DNA of 64,000 bases, taken from Pristiophorus japonicus. Its lineage: Eukaryota. The stretch's first letter is position 1. Each line of letters starts with the position of its first letter. The stretch covers positions 47,740,001-47,804,000 of the forward strand of contig NC_091981.1 in the NCBI RefSeq assembly GCF_044704955.1, given 5' to 3'. Below, piece by piece: positions 1-13,164 of the stretch. The notes beneath the pieces are model-generated. The model worked only from the letters and a program-made list of their open reading frames with translations, was not told the DNA's origin and made no database searches. A program made the position numbers and the translations under genes.

Positions 1-605
1 AGTTTTTTGAGGGTGTAACCAGCAAGGTAGATAAGGGGGAACCAGTCGATGTAATATATTTGGATTCTCAGAAGGAATTCAATAAAGTGCCACACAAGAG
101 GTTTTTACACAAGATTATGGCTCATGGGATTGGGGGCAATATATTAGCTTGGATTGGTTAACAGACAGAAAACAGAGAGTAGGATTAAACGGGTAATTTT
201 TGGGATGGCAGGATATAACTAGTGGATTGCAACAAGGATCAATGCTTGGGCCTCAGCTATTTACAATCTCTATCAATGACTTAGATGAGGTGACTGAGTG
301 TAATATAGCCAAGTTTGCTGACGATACAAAGCTAGGTGGAAAAGTAAGCTGTGAGGAGGATGTAATGAGGCTAAAAAGGAATGTAGACTGGGTAATTCTC
401 TACCTCAGAGGGGTGTGGATGCTCAGTCCATGAGTATATTCAAGACTGAGATCGATAGATTTTTGGGCACGAAGCGTTCAAGGGATATGAGGATAGCACA
501 GGAAAGTGGAGTTGCTGTACAAGTTCAGCTATAATCTTCTTGAATGGCAGAGCAGGCGCGAGACGCTGCGTGGCCTACTCCTGCTCCTATTTCTTACCTT
601 ATGTT
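1..605 (+). mobile_element. CR1 LINE fragment (RT region joined to 3' end, internally deleted)
   Basis: ORF 200-433 has QGSMLGPQLFTISINDLD and [10 protein letters not shown]; ends in a CR1 3' UTR (GGCCTACTCCTGCTCCTATTTCTT..TATGTT). Confidence 0.9.
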
Positions 606-659
606 TAATTAAAATCACCTAAGTTATCTGCTCTGGTATGATGAATTTCCACTCTAATT

Positions 660-985
660 TTGTCCTCTCCTCTCCTGAAGATGTTGATTCTTACTGAGGT
701 ATGACTCTACTGGTGTCAACAGCCCTCTGATAGGTCACCTAACAGAGGTCATCTGTGAGCCTAACGATTGTTGATGGTCTTTTTTGACCAAGAGAGGGAG
801 GCAAAGGTCACGGTCAAGCCTAATATGGTTTTCAAACAGGGAAACGGCAGTGTGTGAACACTGACTGAAAGCATAATTGTTGAATAGGGATTAGAAATGT
901 CTGACTTTTCCTCTCTCTAGCCCGAAGACACTGAGGCCAATTGTAGCAGCCCAACTGCTGTCCCAACTAAGATCAGCTAACTTAC
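660..985 (-). mobile_element. LF-SINE-like ancient SINE fragment
   Basis: CTAGCCCGAAGACACTGAGGCCAATTGTAGCAGCCCAACTGCTGTCCCAACTAAGATCAGC resembles the reverse complement of the LF-SINE core as I recall it; not aligned to a consensus. Confidence 0.6.
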
Positions 986-1641
986 GATGCAACAGTAAAA
1001 TGATTTAAACAGCACTATTTCTTTGAGGATGGTCCAGTAGCTAATCTCCTGCCCTTAGAGGAGGTATCATAAACACAAGACTTTACCAGTGCTGATGTAC
1101 AGTGCTTGGTTTACCCCCTCAAGCAATGCAATGAGTTAAAAGACACAAATAAAACACACTCGGTGCAAATTTTGGATCAGCAGCGCTTGTTTTTTGGGCA
1201 CTATGAGTGCCCTTTGAGGTCAAAATAGTGTCCGCGATGCACGCATACTTGTGGGGCGAATCGCTTGGACGCCGTATTGGTGAGGGCATTAGCGTGCACT
1301 GTGAACGTCGGCTGGAAGCATGCAGAGCAGGCAGATCATGGCATCAATTAGCGTGCATTTTGGAGCTTCACGCTTCAGCTAACGTCATCTCTTAAACTGA
1401 CACAGCTGAACACTCGTTCAGTAGCAAAAGGACCTCCCCCCCAGCCCTATTTAAGGGGATCATCAACTATTTACAAGTTAGTTTCTGGGTGGTTGCCTCT
1501 GGTTGTTTGTACACGCCTACAGATGTTTAGTGCTTTCCATAGTTGTTTAAAGTTGCCAAAGTCTACAGGGAGTGGTGTGGTAGGTGCTGAAGGACTTTTT
1601 CCTGACTTCAAGGCTTTTATACAAACCACTTGCTGCCAGAT

Positions 1642-4600
1642 ATGAGTGCACTGGTAGGAATTCCCCTTGGAATACAGCATGACTTGGAGAATGGACAGAG
1701 TGCCGCAGAACAGGTCAAGCTGCTGGAAGAGGGAGGAGGAGGAAGAGAAGAGCTCTCAGCAGGAGGCCATAACCACCCAGTGTGTTCAAGAAGCAATTCT
1801 CCTACCTGAACCTTCGTGAGGAACAATGTGTGAGAGCTCTGTGCTTCCATAAGGATGTCTGCCACCTGCTGCAGCCACAACTGCAACGTCAGATCAGCGC
1901 AACGACCACATTGCCGGTGGCTGTGAAGGTGACTGTGGCAATGAACATTTGTGTGTCGGGGTCCTTCCAGGCTGGAGCTGAAGATATTGTAACATCTCGC
2001 AGTTTACCATCCACTGTTGCGTAAGGGATGTCACTGTATTCAAAGAGAGCTGATTACATTTCATTCTCTCTTGTCAGAGGGAAACAGGCTGAGTGATCAC
2101 GTGGCTTTGTTAGGATTGCAAGCTTCCCCATGGTGCCATTGACTGCACACCTATTGTTTTGCGGACGTCATATGTAAACAATGCCATGTATCGGAACCAA
2201 AAGGGATTCAACTCCCTCAACATCCGGCTGGTGTGTGACTATAGGCAGTGAATCGTGCAGGTCAACGCCCGGTATCCTGCAGCAGTCATGAAGGCCAGAG
2301 GATTGGGAAATTTTTAGAAACCAGCAAAGGACGACTAAAAAAATAATAAAGATTGCAAAGATAGTTTATGAGAGTAAATTAGCAAGAAATATAAAAACAG
2401 ACAGTAAGAGCTTCTAAAGGCAGATAAAAAGGAAGAGAGTAGCTAAAGTAAACGTTGGTCCCTTAGAGGATGAGTCTAGGGAATAATGGGAAACAGGAAA
2501 ACGGCAGAGACTTTGAACAAATATTTTGTATGGGTCTTCATGGTAGAAGACACTAAAAGCATCCCAATAATTGATAATCAAGGGGCTATTGAGAGGGAGG
2601 AATTTAAAACAATCACTATCACTAGAGAAAAAGTACTAGGCAAACTAATGGGACTAAAGTTGGACAAGTCCCCTTGACCTGATGGCCTGCATCCTAATGT
2701 CTTAAAAGAAGTGGCTGCAGAGATAGTGGATGCATTGGTTGTGATCTACCAAAATTCTTTGGATTCTGGAGAGGTCCCAGCGGATTGGAAAGTCGCAAAT
2801 GTAACGCCCCTATTTAAGAAAGGAGGGAGATGGAAAGCAGAAAACTATAGACCAGTTAGCCTAACATTTGTCATTGGGAAAATGCTGAAGTCCATTATTA
2901 AGGAAGTAGTAACAGGACATTTAGAAAATCATAATACAGTCAAGCAGAGTCAGCATGGTTTTATAAAAGGGAAATTACGTTTGACAAACTTGCTAGAGTT
3001 CTTCGAGGATGTAACGAGCAGTGTGCATAAAGGGGAACCGGTAGATGTCGAGTATTTGGATTTCCAGAAGGCATTCGATAAGGTGCCACATAAAAGGTTA
3101 CTGCACAAGATAAGAGCTCACAGCATTAGTGATAATATATTAGCATGGATAGAGGATTGGCTAACTAACAGAAAACAGAGTGTCGAGATAAATGGGTCAT
3201 TTTCAGGTTAGCAAACTGTAACTAGTGGGCTGCCACAGGGATTAGTGCTGGGGCCTCAACTATTTACAATCTATATTAATGACTTGGATGAAGGGACTGA
3301 GTGTAATGTAGCCAAATTTGCTGATGATACAAAGATAGGTGGGAAAGCAAGTTGTGAGGAGGACGCAAAAAATCTGCAAAGGGATATAGATAGGCTAGGT
3401 GAGTGGGCAGAAATTTGGCAGAAGGAGTATTATGTGAGATCATGTGAGGTTATCCACTTTGGTAGGAAAAATAAAAAAGCAAATTATTATTTAAGTGGGG
3501 AGAGATTACAAAATGCTGAGGTACAGCGGGATCTGGGGGTCCTTGTACATGAAACACAAAAAGTTCACATGCGGGTACAGCAAGTAATTAGCAAGGTAAA
3601 TGGAATGTTGGCCTTTATTGCAAAGGGGATGGAATATAAAAGTAGGGAAGTCCTGCTACAACTGTACAGGGCACTGGTGAGACCACACGTGGAGTACTGT
3701 GTAGTTTTGGTCTCCGTATTTAAGGAGGGATATGCTTGCATTGGAGGCAGTTCAGAGAAGGTTCACAAGGTTGATTCCTGAGATGAAGGGGTTGTCTTAT
3801 GAAGAAAGGTTGAGCAGGTTAGGCCTATACTCATTGGAGTTTAGAAGAATGAGAGGTGAGCTTATTGAAACGTATAAGATTCTGAGGGGACTTGACGGGA
3901 TAGATGCAGAGAGGATGTTTCTCCTCGTGGGGGAATCTAGAACTAGGGGGCATAGCTTCAGAATAAGGGGTCGCCCATTTAAAACAGAAATGAGGAGGAA
4001 TTTCTTCTCTCTGATGGTTGTAAATCTTTGGAATTTTATACGCCAGAGAGCTGTGGAGGCTGGGTCATTGATTATATTTAAAGTGGAGATAGACAGATTT
4101 TTGAATGATAAGGGAGTCCAGGGTTATGGGGAGCAGGCAGGGAAGTGGAGTTGAGGCCAAAATCAGATCAGCCATGATCTTATTGAATGTCAGAGCAGGC
4201 TCGAGTGACCAAATGGCCTATTCCTGCTCCTATTTCTTATGTTCTAATGTTCTTATGACGCCTTCATTTCACGGCAGTCTGCTGTGCCGTCTGCATTTGA
4301 ACCACCATGTCAAACCAAAGGGTGGCTACTGGGCGACAAGGGCGATCCACTGATGACATGGCTCATAACTTCAATGCACAACACGTGCACAGCATGCATA
4401 CAATGAGAGCCATGCTGCCACACAACATATAATAGAGCAGACTATTGGCATGCTAAAGCAATGCTTCTGCTGCCTGGACCACTCTGGAGAAGCCCTGCAG
4501 TACTTGGCAGAACAGGTGTCAAGATTCGTGGTTGTGAGACCTTGCCACCAACGGTACGGTGAGCAGCTGAGGAGGAGGAGGAGGAGGAGGAAGCGGAAGA

Positions 4601-4705
4601 AGAGGAGGAGGAACAAGAGGAAGGAGAAGGGAGGAGGCAACATGGACAGCGCCTTTCTGGCCAGACTGTCCGCGAAGAACTCATCCAAGTGCTTCACACT
4701 TGGTA
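1642..4705 (+). pseudogene. Harbinger DDE transposase (HARBI1-like), frameshifted and split by CR1 2292-4254
   Basis: FSYLNLREEQC..LPVAVKVTVA..SGSFQ; AIDCT; RNQKGFNSLN; SSH|DAFI rejoined across the CR1; GWLLGDKG; IGMLKQCFCCLDHSG; acidic (GAG)n tail. Confidence 0.88.
2292..4254 (+). mobile_element. 5'-truncated CR1 LINE (ORF2 RT) inserted in the Harbinger transposase
   Basis: NYRPVSLT, YLDFQKAFDKVPH, FADDTK, RPHVEYCV; 3' tail TTCTTATGTTCTAATGTTCTT; ATGA at both junctions (2288-2291, 4255-4258). Confidence 0.95.
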
Positions 4706-4869
4706 ACCGCAACCGCTATTCCCTATTCACCAACAGTGCCACACCTTACTGTCCCTGTGTTACTGACCATCACAGCATCCGCTTGGCCACAATGCAAAAA
4801 TAAAAGTCTCCATAAAAGAAACATTCCAAATCAAATTATGCTATATATAAACTAATCACTCTTGTGCAT

Positions 4870-6500
4870 TCCCTTAATGCCTGTGCCTGTCCTAGTGCTC
4901 CTACACTGTGCTACCTCAAGCTGCAGCATGATTAGTGGAAGGCTGCTGACTTTCAGTGGAGGAGACTGCAGATGGCCTTGGAGGACGACCTTGAGCAGCT
5001 CTGGGCCTAGAGGGGCTGCCAGAGGACTGCACCATCTCAGAATGGGCAGAAGCAGTCTGCGCTGGCTGGCTGACGGGCAACAGCAAGGGCACTGATGGAG
5101 TCGGAGTGGTGGGAGGACGAAAGCTCTTATCCTGAAAGAGGACAGCAGGTCCATGCTCCATGGAGCCATTGCAACTCCCCTGGGTCGGCGCCTCAGCATT
5201 CCTAGTAAACTGTTGGAGGACAGATTGTTGGACTGCTGTGACACCCTGTAAAGTCTCTTGGAAAACTGGAATCGAGTGCCACGATGGCAGATGTCCGAGC
5301 TTCCACTGCAGCACGTAGATATTGTGTGGCTGCTGCTTGTGCTGTGATGGAAGCTGAGTCGCCGGCAATCAGTCACTGCATCATGGTTGGGTCCGCAAGT
5401 GTGCTAATGGAGTTGGCCACCACTTTCATGCTAGAAAGGATGGGCTCCAAGCTCTGCGAAAAACCCTGTGCTAGGTTGGTGCCGGATTCCATGCTCCTTG
5501 ACATTGCACACAGGCTTTCTGGCAGGCTTCCCAATGCACCGAGCATTTCATTGTGTTTACCCGCAAGCCGCCTTCTGTAGCCTGCCTCATCAAAGTCCTG
5601 ATCTGAGTCCTCCGCAGCAGAACTCGTGTGCGACTTCAGCAATTGGTGAGCTGGCATTTGCACTATCTTTGCCCCCTGCCCTGGTTGCAGGTCACTCGTG
5701 CCATTGTCTCACCACGTGACGATCCCGCCTCTATACTATCCTCTCAATTATGGAGTGTCAGTTTCTGCGCTGGTGGCTGCGAGTGTTAAATCAAGTGACG
5801 GTGTGTCTTCATCTTCAATATCTTCCTGCTCTTCCACCACTGCCTGGCCAGGTTGCAGTTCTTGGGTATTTAAAATGAGAAAGGCACAAAGGTAAGGTTG
5901 TAGTGAGGGGAGGGGGAAAAGCAAGAGGTGCATGCTTACACCATCTGCAGCTTGTAAATCAGGAAAGATTGTGGGATGAGGGGGAATTGTGATTTGACAG
6001 TAGGGTTAGATATGAGGATACCGCCATCTTGTATGGTTTTAGCCCCGCCACTTGCCACGGCCTCAACAATGGCTATTCCAATAATGGCCAGCACCATCTC
6101 CTCCATGCTCCCCTCACCAGAACCTAACCCTTGTGTCTTTTTCATTTTAGGACATACAGTCCTGATTGATAGAGATTGTTGGTAAGTTACTGATGGGGGT
6201 GTGATGCATTAAGCAGTGGCTAAGGCTAGTGGTGCAATTGGTAGGATATGACATTTGAAGATGCATTCACTGACCTTCACCACTAGTGTGATGTGCTTGA
6301 CTTCTTATGGCACTGCATCCAGGTCCTTGGGGGTTGACTCCTGGCAATGACCTCCATGGCTATCTGCCCCCCACTGCCTTATGAGCATGTGGCTGGAGGG
6401 CCTCCTGTGGATACAGCATATCTCTCCTCCTTTCCACCTCCTCTGTCAAGACCTCCAGTGCAACACTGGAAAACCTTGGAGCTCACGTTCTCCAATGTTG
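4870..6500 (-). pseudogene. Harbinger Myb/SANT-like DNA-binding protein gene, multi-exon, decayed
   Basis: Minus strand about 6500-6275 reads PRFSSVALEVLTEEVE..RDMLYP..PRTWMQCHKK (with frameshifts), then a GTCAGT donor; downstream pieces MEEMVLAIIG.. and acidic/helical ORFs 5748-5933, 5373-5663. Confidence 0.75.
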
Positions 6501-7319
6501 TGTCATTATTAAGTGATTTCCAGGTCAGAATCATTTGTAGAATGATTTCCACCACATGCTCCAGCCACAATGCACCTCCCCTTCAGGAGGTGCAGGCTTG
6601 CTTTAAGCAGTGCAGGCTAACTTTATCTAGTGCTAGCAAATTATGATTTTGGGGCCCCTGGCAATGTGAGCAGCCAATCAACAGTGCGGTTAGCACTGGC
6701 TGTGCGCAGAAATCATGTAAATGAGCAAGCAACATGAAGTTGCCATGCTGTTTGCATTAAATTGAACGGGCACAGGTTAATCGCAATCCCCATGCCCATT
6801 TTCAGGGGCTATCGAATTTAGCCTCCTCTGAATTATGTTCAGGTTGGCTGAAGGGATGATCCTCTCATCACTTTGGAATGAGACATTTGTTATCCTGACT
6901 TCTTTTTGATACTGAGTTTCTCAACGTATGTTCAGGCGAGACTACTTGTAGCTCAGGAAAGTTGGCGGTAATCACCAGTTTCAAATAATTGATTTAATCC
7001 AAATAACGACAGTTATTTACTAGCCTACTAATGAGGTGCTGTTTAAGAGTAGGAGATATTTCAATATGTTTGAAAGAACAAAAATACACAATGAAAAAAA
7101 CAGAAAGACCTTAAAAGTTTTACTTCTGAGAATTACACTTCTAAGGACATCACTCTCCCTGTAAGGTGCATTTCTCCCATTTCATAAGATACTTTCTAAG
7201 CATGTTTTGACAGCTGTAAAGAGAATTGTGCTGAGTTTGATAGCAGATGATTAGCCTGCCACTCATAGGACAAGTAGTAGCACTGCAAGATTTGGGTACT
7301 TGTTTTTGAAGTATGAGTT

Positions 7320-7596
7320 ACATAGAATTCACAGCACGGAAACATGGCATTCAGCCCAACTGGTCTATGCCATTGTTTATGCTCCACACCAGCCAATCCC
7401 ACCCTACTCATCTCACACTATCAACGTTTCCTTCTATTCCTTTCGCCCTCATGTACTTATCTAGCCTCCCCTTAAATGCATCTATACTATTCACTTCAAC
7501 TACTCCAGGTCATAGCGAGTTCCACCTTCTAACCACCCTCCAGATAAAGAAGTTTCTCCTGAATTCCTTATTGAATTTATTAATGATTATTCTTAT
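7320..7596 (-). mobile_element. CR1 3'-end fragment (resumes at 11249-11310 after the Gypsy insertion)
   Basis: CATAGAATTCACAGCACGGAA..GGCATTCAGCCC tail; sequence is continuous across the Gypsy TSD CTTAT. Confidence 0.75.
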
Positions 7597-7830
7597 TGTC
7601 ATGTATTCAGCCAGCATTGTAACCCATGTATAATCTGACCTAAGTTGTACACTGTGAGAACAATGACCACTAGGTGGGAGACACCCCTAACCTGAACCTT
7701 CAGGTATAAAAGGGGAAGCTCCACCCACCTTCATCACTTGAGTGCTAAGGAATAAAGGACAGGTCACAGACATACCTTCTCTCAAGCATGGGCCTTGTGT
7801 GCATTTATACTGTATAGTAAGGACGTATCA
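7597..7830 (+). repeat. 5' LTR of Gypsy 1
   Basis: TGTCATG..GTATCA, contains TATAAAA and AATAAA; direct repeat of 11016-11248. Confidence 0.97.
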
Positions 7831-7870
7831 ATGGCGACGAGAAACTGGGATTTAAACCACGCCACCGATA

Positions 7871-10800
7871 ATGATGAAAGTGCTCCTCAATGGCATCCCA
7901 GTATCAATGGAGCTAGACACGGGGGCCAGCCAGTCCCGGATGGGTATCAAACAGTTCGAAAAGTTGTGGGCGTCCAAGGTCAGGAGGCCAAAATTATCGC
8001 TGATTGACGCACAGCTACGGACTTACACAAAGCAGATCATTCCGGTGCTAGGCAGCGCCACGGTAGTCGTGACCCACAAAGATTCGGAGAACAGGTTGCC
8101 ACTCTGGATTGTCCCAGGGGACGGTCCCGCACTACTGGGGAGGAGTTGGCTTGCTGTCATGAACTGGAAATGGGGCGATGTCAATGCAATTTCCTCTGTG
8201 GAGTGAGTGTCATGCTCACAGATCCTGGACAAATTTGACACATTATTTCAACCTGGCATCGGCACTTTCATGGGGACCAAGGTAGTGATTCACATAAACC
8301 CGGACGCTAGACCAGTACACCACAAGGCCAGAGCGGTGCCGTACGTGATGCGAGAAAAGATAGAAGGCGAACTGGACCACCTGCTGAGGGAAGGCATCAT
8401 CTCGCCAGTCGAATTCAGTGACTGGGCGAGCCCGATCGTGCCAGTGCTCAAGGCGGATGGGTCGGTCAGGATATGTGGTGATTACAAGGCCACCATCAAT
8501 CGGGTGTCACTCCAAGACCAGTACCCGCTACTGAGAGCGGAGGACCTCTTTGCGACACTATCCGGTGGCAAAGTTTTTTCAAAATTGGACCTGACCTCAG
8601 CTTACATGACCCAGGAGCTGGCGAGTGAGTCGAAGAAGCTGACCACCATCACGACACACAAGGGGTTGTTTGAGTACAACAGATGTCCGTTCGGGATTCG
8701 CTCGGCCGCCGCAATCTTCCAACGAAATATGGAAAGCCTCCTCAAGTCGATTCCAGGGATGGTGGTTTTTCAGGACGACATCCTCATCACGGGTTACGAT
8801 ACTGAAGAACACCTCCACAACCTGGAGGAGGTGCTACGCAGACTGGACCGGGTAGTGTTGCGACTGAAAAAGGCGAAGTGCGTCTTCCTAGCTCCAGAGG
8901 TAGAATTCCTGGGAATGAGGGTAGCAGCAGACGGGATCAGCCCTACTGTGTCCAAGATGGAAGCGATCCAGAGAGCACCCAGACCCCGTAACACGACGGA
9001 GCTGCGTTCATTCCTGGGGCTCCTGAACTATTTTGGTAACTTTCTTCCCAAATTGAGCACGCTGCTAGAGCCGCTACATGTGCTCCTACGCAAAGGTCGC
9101 GAATGGGTCTGGGGGGACAGCCAGGAAAGGGCTTTTAATAGAGCACGCAATTTGTTATGTTCCAACACTTTGTTAACCCTATACGACCCATGTAAGAAAC
9201 TTGTGTTAACGTGCGACGCGTCGTCCTATGATGTCGGGTGTGTGTTGTAGCATGTCAATGTCAAGGGTCAGTTACAGCCGATAGCTTATGCCTCCAGGAG
9301 TCTGTTCCAGGCAGAAAGGGGTTATGGGATGGTAGAAAAGGAGGCGCTCGCATGTATATATGCTGTAAAGAAAATGCACCAGTACCTGTTTGGCAGGAAA
9401 TTTGAGCTGGAGACAGATCACAAACCCTTAACGTCCCTTTTGGCCGACAACAAGGCCATAAATGCAAACGCATCGGCCCGCATACAGAGGTGGGCACTCA
9501 CATTAGCCGCCTATGACTATACAATTCGGCACAGACTGGGCACCGAAAACTGCGCCGATGCACTCAGCAGGCTCCCACTAGCCACCACTGAGGGGGCTAC
9601 CGAGCATGCTGCTGAGATGGTCATGGCAGTTGAAGCTTTCGGAAGCGAAGGCTCACCCGTGACAGCCCGTCAGATTAAAGTCTGGACAAATAGAGACCCG
9701 CTATTGTCTCTAGTCAAGAAATGTGTCCTGAATGGGGACTGGGCAGCCACGTACAGGGCATGCCCTGAGGAATTTAAACCATTTCACAGGCGCAGGGATG
9801 AACTCTCGATTCAGGCCGATTGCCTACTGTGGGGAAACCGCGTAGTCATGCCCCAGATGGGCAGAGAGGTGTTCATCAGAGAACTCCACAATGAGCACCC
9901 GGGCATTGTCATGATGAAGGCAATTGCTAGGTCACACGTTTGGTGGCCAGGGATAGACGCTTATCTGGAACTTTGTGTTCGCAGGTGCAACACGTGTGCC
10001 CAGCTGGGCAATGCGCCCAGGGAAGCCCCCCTTAACCCCTGGCCATGGCCCGCCAAGCCTTGGTCACGCATCCATGTGGATTACGCAGGTCCTTTCATGG
10101 GAAAAATGCTTTTGGTTGTAGTAGATGCCTACTCCAAATGGATTGAGTGTGACATTTTAAATTCAAGCACATCCTCTACCACGGTAGAAAGTCTACGGGC
10201 AATGTTCGCCGCCCACGGTCTACCGGACGTCTTGGTCAGCGACAATGGCCCGTGCTTCACAAGCACTGAATTCCAGAACTTCATGGCAGGCAATGGAATT
10301 AACCATGTCAGAACGGCACTGTTCAAGCCGGCCTCAAACGGCCAGGCAGAACGAGCAGTGCAGATAATCAAACAGGGGATGCTCAGAATCCAAGGGGGTT
10401 CCCTACAAAGGCGCTTATCAAGCCTCCTGTTGGCCTATAGATCCCGACCACACTCGCTCACAGGGGTTCCACCCGCAGAGCTGCTAATGAAAAGGACGCT
10501 CAAAACCCAGCTATCCCTTATACACCCCATCATGAAAGAAATTGTCAAGAGCAGGCGCCAGCCACAATATGACTACCATGACAGGAATGCGAGGGCGTGA
10601 TGTATTGATGTAAATGATCCTGTTTTTGTCCTCAACTACGCTGCAGGGCCCAAATGGCTCGCAGGCACTGTAATTGCCAAAGAGGGAAATAGGATTCTGG
10701 TAGTTAAACTTACCAATGGACAAATCTGCCGCAAACACGTGGATCAAACAAAAAGGAGGTTCAGCAACCCCATAGAAGAAGCATAGGAAGAACACAATGT

Positions 10801-10987
10801 AGAGTTCACTCCACCACAGGTGACCGCACACCGGAACCAAAGGGAGGAGAGCCCAGTCACTGTGGGCAGTCTGGATAGGCCTGAGGCATCGCAAACAGCA
10901 GACACTCAGGCCAGCGCCCAACAACCGGAGCCCCAACTCAGGCGCTCTACAAGAGAGCATAAACCACCAGAGAGACTCAACCTGTGA
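7871..10987 (+). pseudogene. Gypsy pol (protease-RT-RNase H-integrase) with in-frame stops
   Basis: LDTGAS protease; FQDDILI RT; LTCDASSY/ETDHKPL RNase H; H-H-C-C zinc finger, HVDYAGP, VSDNGP, ERAVQ integrase. Confidence 0.95.
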
Positions 10988-11015
10988 TCCCAATAAGACT
11001 TTGGGAGGGAGGTGA

Positions 11016-11248
11016 TGTCATGTATTCAACCAGCATTGTAACTCATGTATAATCTGACCTAAGTTGTACACTGTGAGAACAATGATCACTAGGTGGAGAC
11101 ACTCCTAACCTGGACCTTCAGGTATAAAAGGGGAAGCTCCATCCACCTTCATCACTTGAGTGCTAAGGAATAAAGGACAGGTCACAGATTGACCTTCTCT
11201 CAAGTATGGGCCTCGTGTGCATTTATACTGTATAGTAAGGACGCATCA
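11016..11248 (+). repeat. 3' LTR of Gypsy 1
   Basis: Follows the polypurine tract; matches the 5' LTR. Confidence 0.97.
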
Positions 11249-11635
11249 CTTATATTTATGACCCCCTAGTTTTGGTCTCCCCTACAGGTGGAAATATTTT
11301 CTCTAAGGCTGAATCAGGAGAAATTCTTTGAAATCTAATTTGTATTCCTGGCTCACTGCTGGTCAGCACATCAGCAATACACTCCACTTAGCTTGTACAG
11401 CAAACATCTGGAGCTTGCTCCAGACCACTCAAACTGGCCAACAGCCAACAGTCTGGCACAATCAAAACCAACAGTGCACACTAATACTTATGCCAGTAAA
11501 TGGAGTCAATCTGCAGGGCCATCCACAACTTATGGCACTCTGTAAAGCTTACCGCAATAGGCCATGTATACCATATTTTAAGAATGTAACATATATTAAT
11601 GTGCTGTAACTAATAACATAGGAAAATAGGTATGA

Positions 11636-12930
11636 ATGAACATAGGAACAGTGTAGGCCATTCAGCCCCTCAAGCCTGTTCTGCCATTCAATTAGATCAT
11701 GGCTGATCAGTATCTTAACTCCATCTACCCACCTTGGTTCCTTAACTCTTGCTGAACAAAAATTTATTGATCTCAGTTTCGAAATTTTCAATTGGCCTGG
11801 TTGGGAGAGAGTTCCAGATTTCCACTATCTTTTGTGTTAAAAAATGTTTTCTGACATCATCTCTCAATGGTCTAGCTCTAATTTTAGGGTTATGTCCCCT
11901 TGTTCTAGATTCTCCCACCAGAGGAAATAGTTTCTCTCGATCTACCCTATCAAATCCTTTAATCATCTTCAACACCTCAATTAGATCACCCTTTAATCTT
12001 CTATTCAAGCAAATACATAAGAACATATGAAATAGGAGCAGGAGTAGGTCACATGTCTCCTCAAGCCTGCTCTGCCATTCAATAAAATCATGGCTGATCT
12101 TTTATATTAACTCCACTTTCCTGCCCTATCCCCATATCCCTTGATTCCCTTAGTACCCAAAAATCTATCGATCTTAGTGTTGAATGTACTCAACAAGTGA
12201 GCATCCACAACTCTCTGTGGTAGAGAATTCCAAAGATTCGCAACTCTCTAAGTGAAAAAATGTCTCATCACAGTCCTAAATTGCCGAGAATTCAGAAAAT
12301 ATAGGCCCATTCTACTCGATCTCTCCTCATCGGACAGCCCTCTCATCCTAGGAATCAATCTAGTGAATCTTTGTTGCACCGCCTCTAAGGCAAGTATATC
12401 CTTCCATAGGTAAGGAGACCAAAACCGTACACGGTACTCCAGGTGTGGTATCACCAAAGGCCTATATAATTGCTATATAAAGACTTCCTAACATACCATT
12501 TGCCTTCCTAATTGCTTGCTGTACCTGTATGTGAACTTTCTGTGATTCGTATAAAGGAACACTCAAATCCCTCTGAATACCAACATTTACTGGGCTCTCA
12601 CTTTAAAAAAAATATTCTACTTTACTATTCTTCCTAGCAAACTGGATAATTTAATATTTCCCCACATCTGCCACCTTCTTGTCCAATCACTTAACCGGTC
12701 TATATCCCTTTGCATCCTCCTCACAGCTTACTTACCCACCGAGTATTGTCAGCAAACTTTGATATATTACACTCAGTCCCCTCATCGAAGTCATTGATAT
12801 AGATTGTAAATAGCTGAGGCCCACCACTGATCCTTGTGGCACTCCAGTAGTTACAACCTGCCAACCTGAAAATAACCTGTTTATTCCTACTCTGTTTACT
12901 GTCTATTAACCATTTCTCATTCCAAGCTAT
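11636..12930 (-). mobile_element. Two adjacent CR1 fragments (about 11636-12010 and 12015-12930)
   Basis: Two separate GAACATA..GGAGTAGG-type tails; ORFs RRLKGDLIEV, PHLEYRVRFWSP, GPQLFTIYIND..FAD. Confidence 0.9.
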
Positions 12931-12931
12931 T

Positions 12932-13160
12932 GGCCCAGAAATCTCTGTTTCTTCTTCCCGCGAGCATTCGACTAAAAATAAGAGAAAAGATGCGCACCTA
13001 CCTTTTGGTCGAATGCCCGGCAGAGATCCCGGACTCGAGGCCTCCTCTTCTTGCACAACGGAGCGCGTTCATGTTGGGACGTCCGCAGGAGTCACGTGGG
13101 CCTGAACACCCAATCACGGTAAAGTATTTTCTCATTCATAGTAATAGAAGTTTCGTAAAT
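12932..13160. mobile_element. Probable single end of a Harbinger-type non-autonomous DNA element
   Basis: Begins GGCCCAGAAAT, resembling the GGG/GGC..AGAAATT termini of the MITEs at 47706 and 54907; CpG-rich; no partner end found. Confidence 0.4.
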
Positions 13161-13164
13161 CCGC

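Larger units (their letters stand above)
1162..6825. mobile_element. PIF/Harbinger DNA transposon 1 (decayed, interrupted by a CR1)
   Basis: Convergent HARBI1-like nuclease (+) and Myb/SANT-like gene (-). Ends only weakly defined (GGTGCAAATTT left, AATTTAGCCTC right). Confidence 0.8.
7597..11248 (+). mobile_element. Ty3/Gypsy (Mag clade) LTR retrotransposon 1, gag deleted
   Basis: LTRs 7597-7830 and 11016-11248 (TG..CA, about 12 substitutions and 1 indel by eye); TSD CTTAT at 7592-7596 and 11249-11253; PBS TGGCGACGAG 7832-7841; PPT 11001-11015. Confidence 0.97.

Noticed and set aside
1642-4705. Domesticated host HARBI1 gene (also 61549-62530)
   Set aside because: Both copies have stops and frameshifts, sit beside Myb-like partner genes, and one has TIRs; they are transposon relics.
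4450-4803. Arg/Lys-rich protamine-like ORF
   Set aside because: Out-of-frame reading of the (GAG)n acidic tail of the Harbinger transposase.
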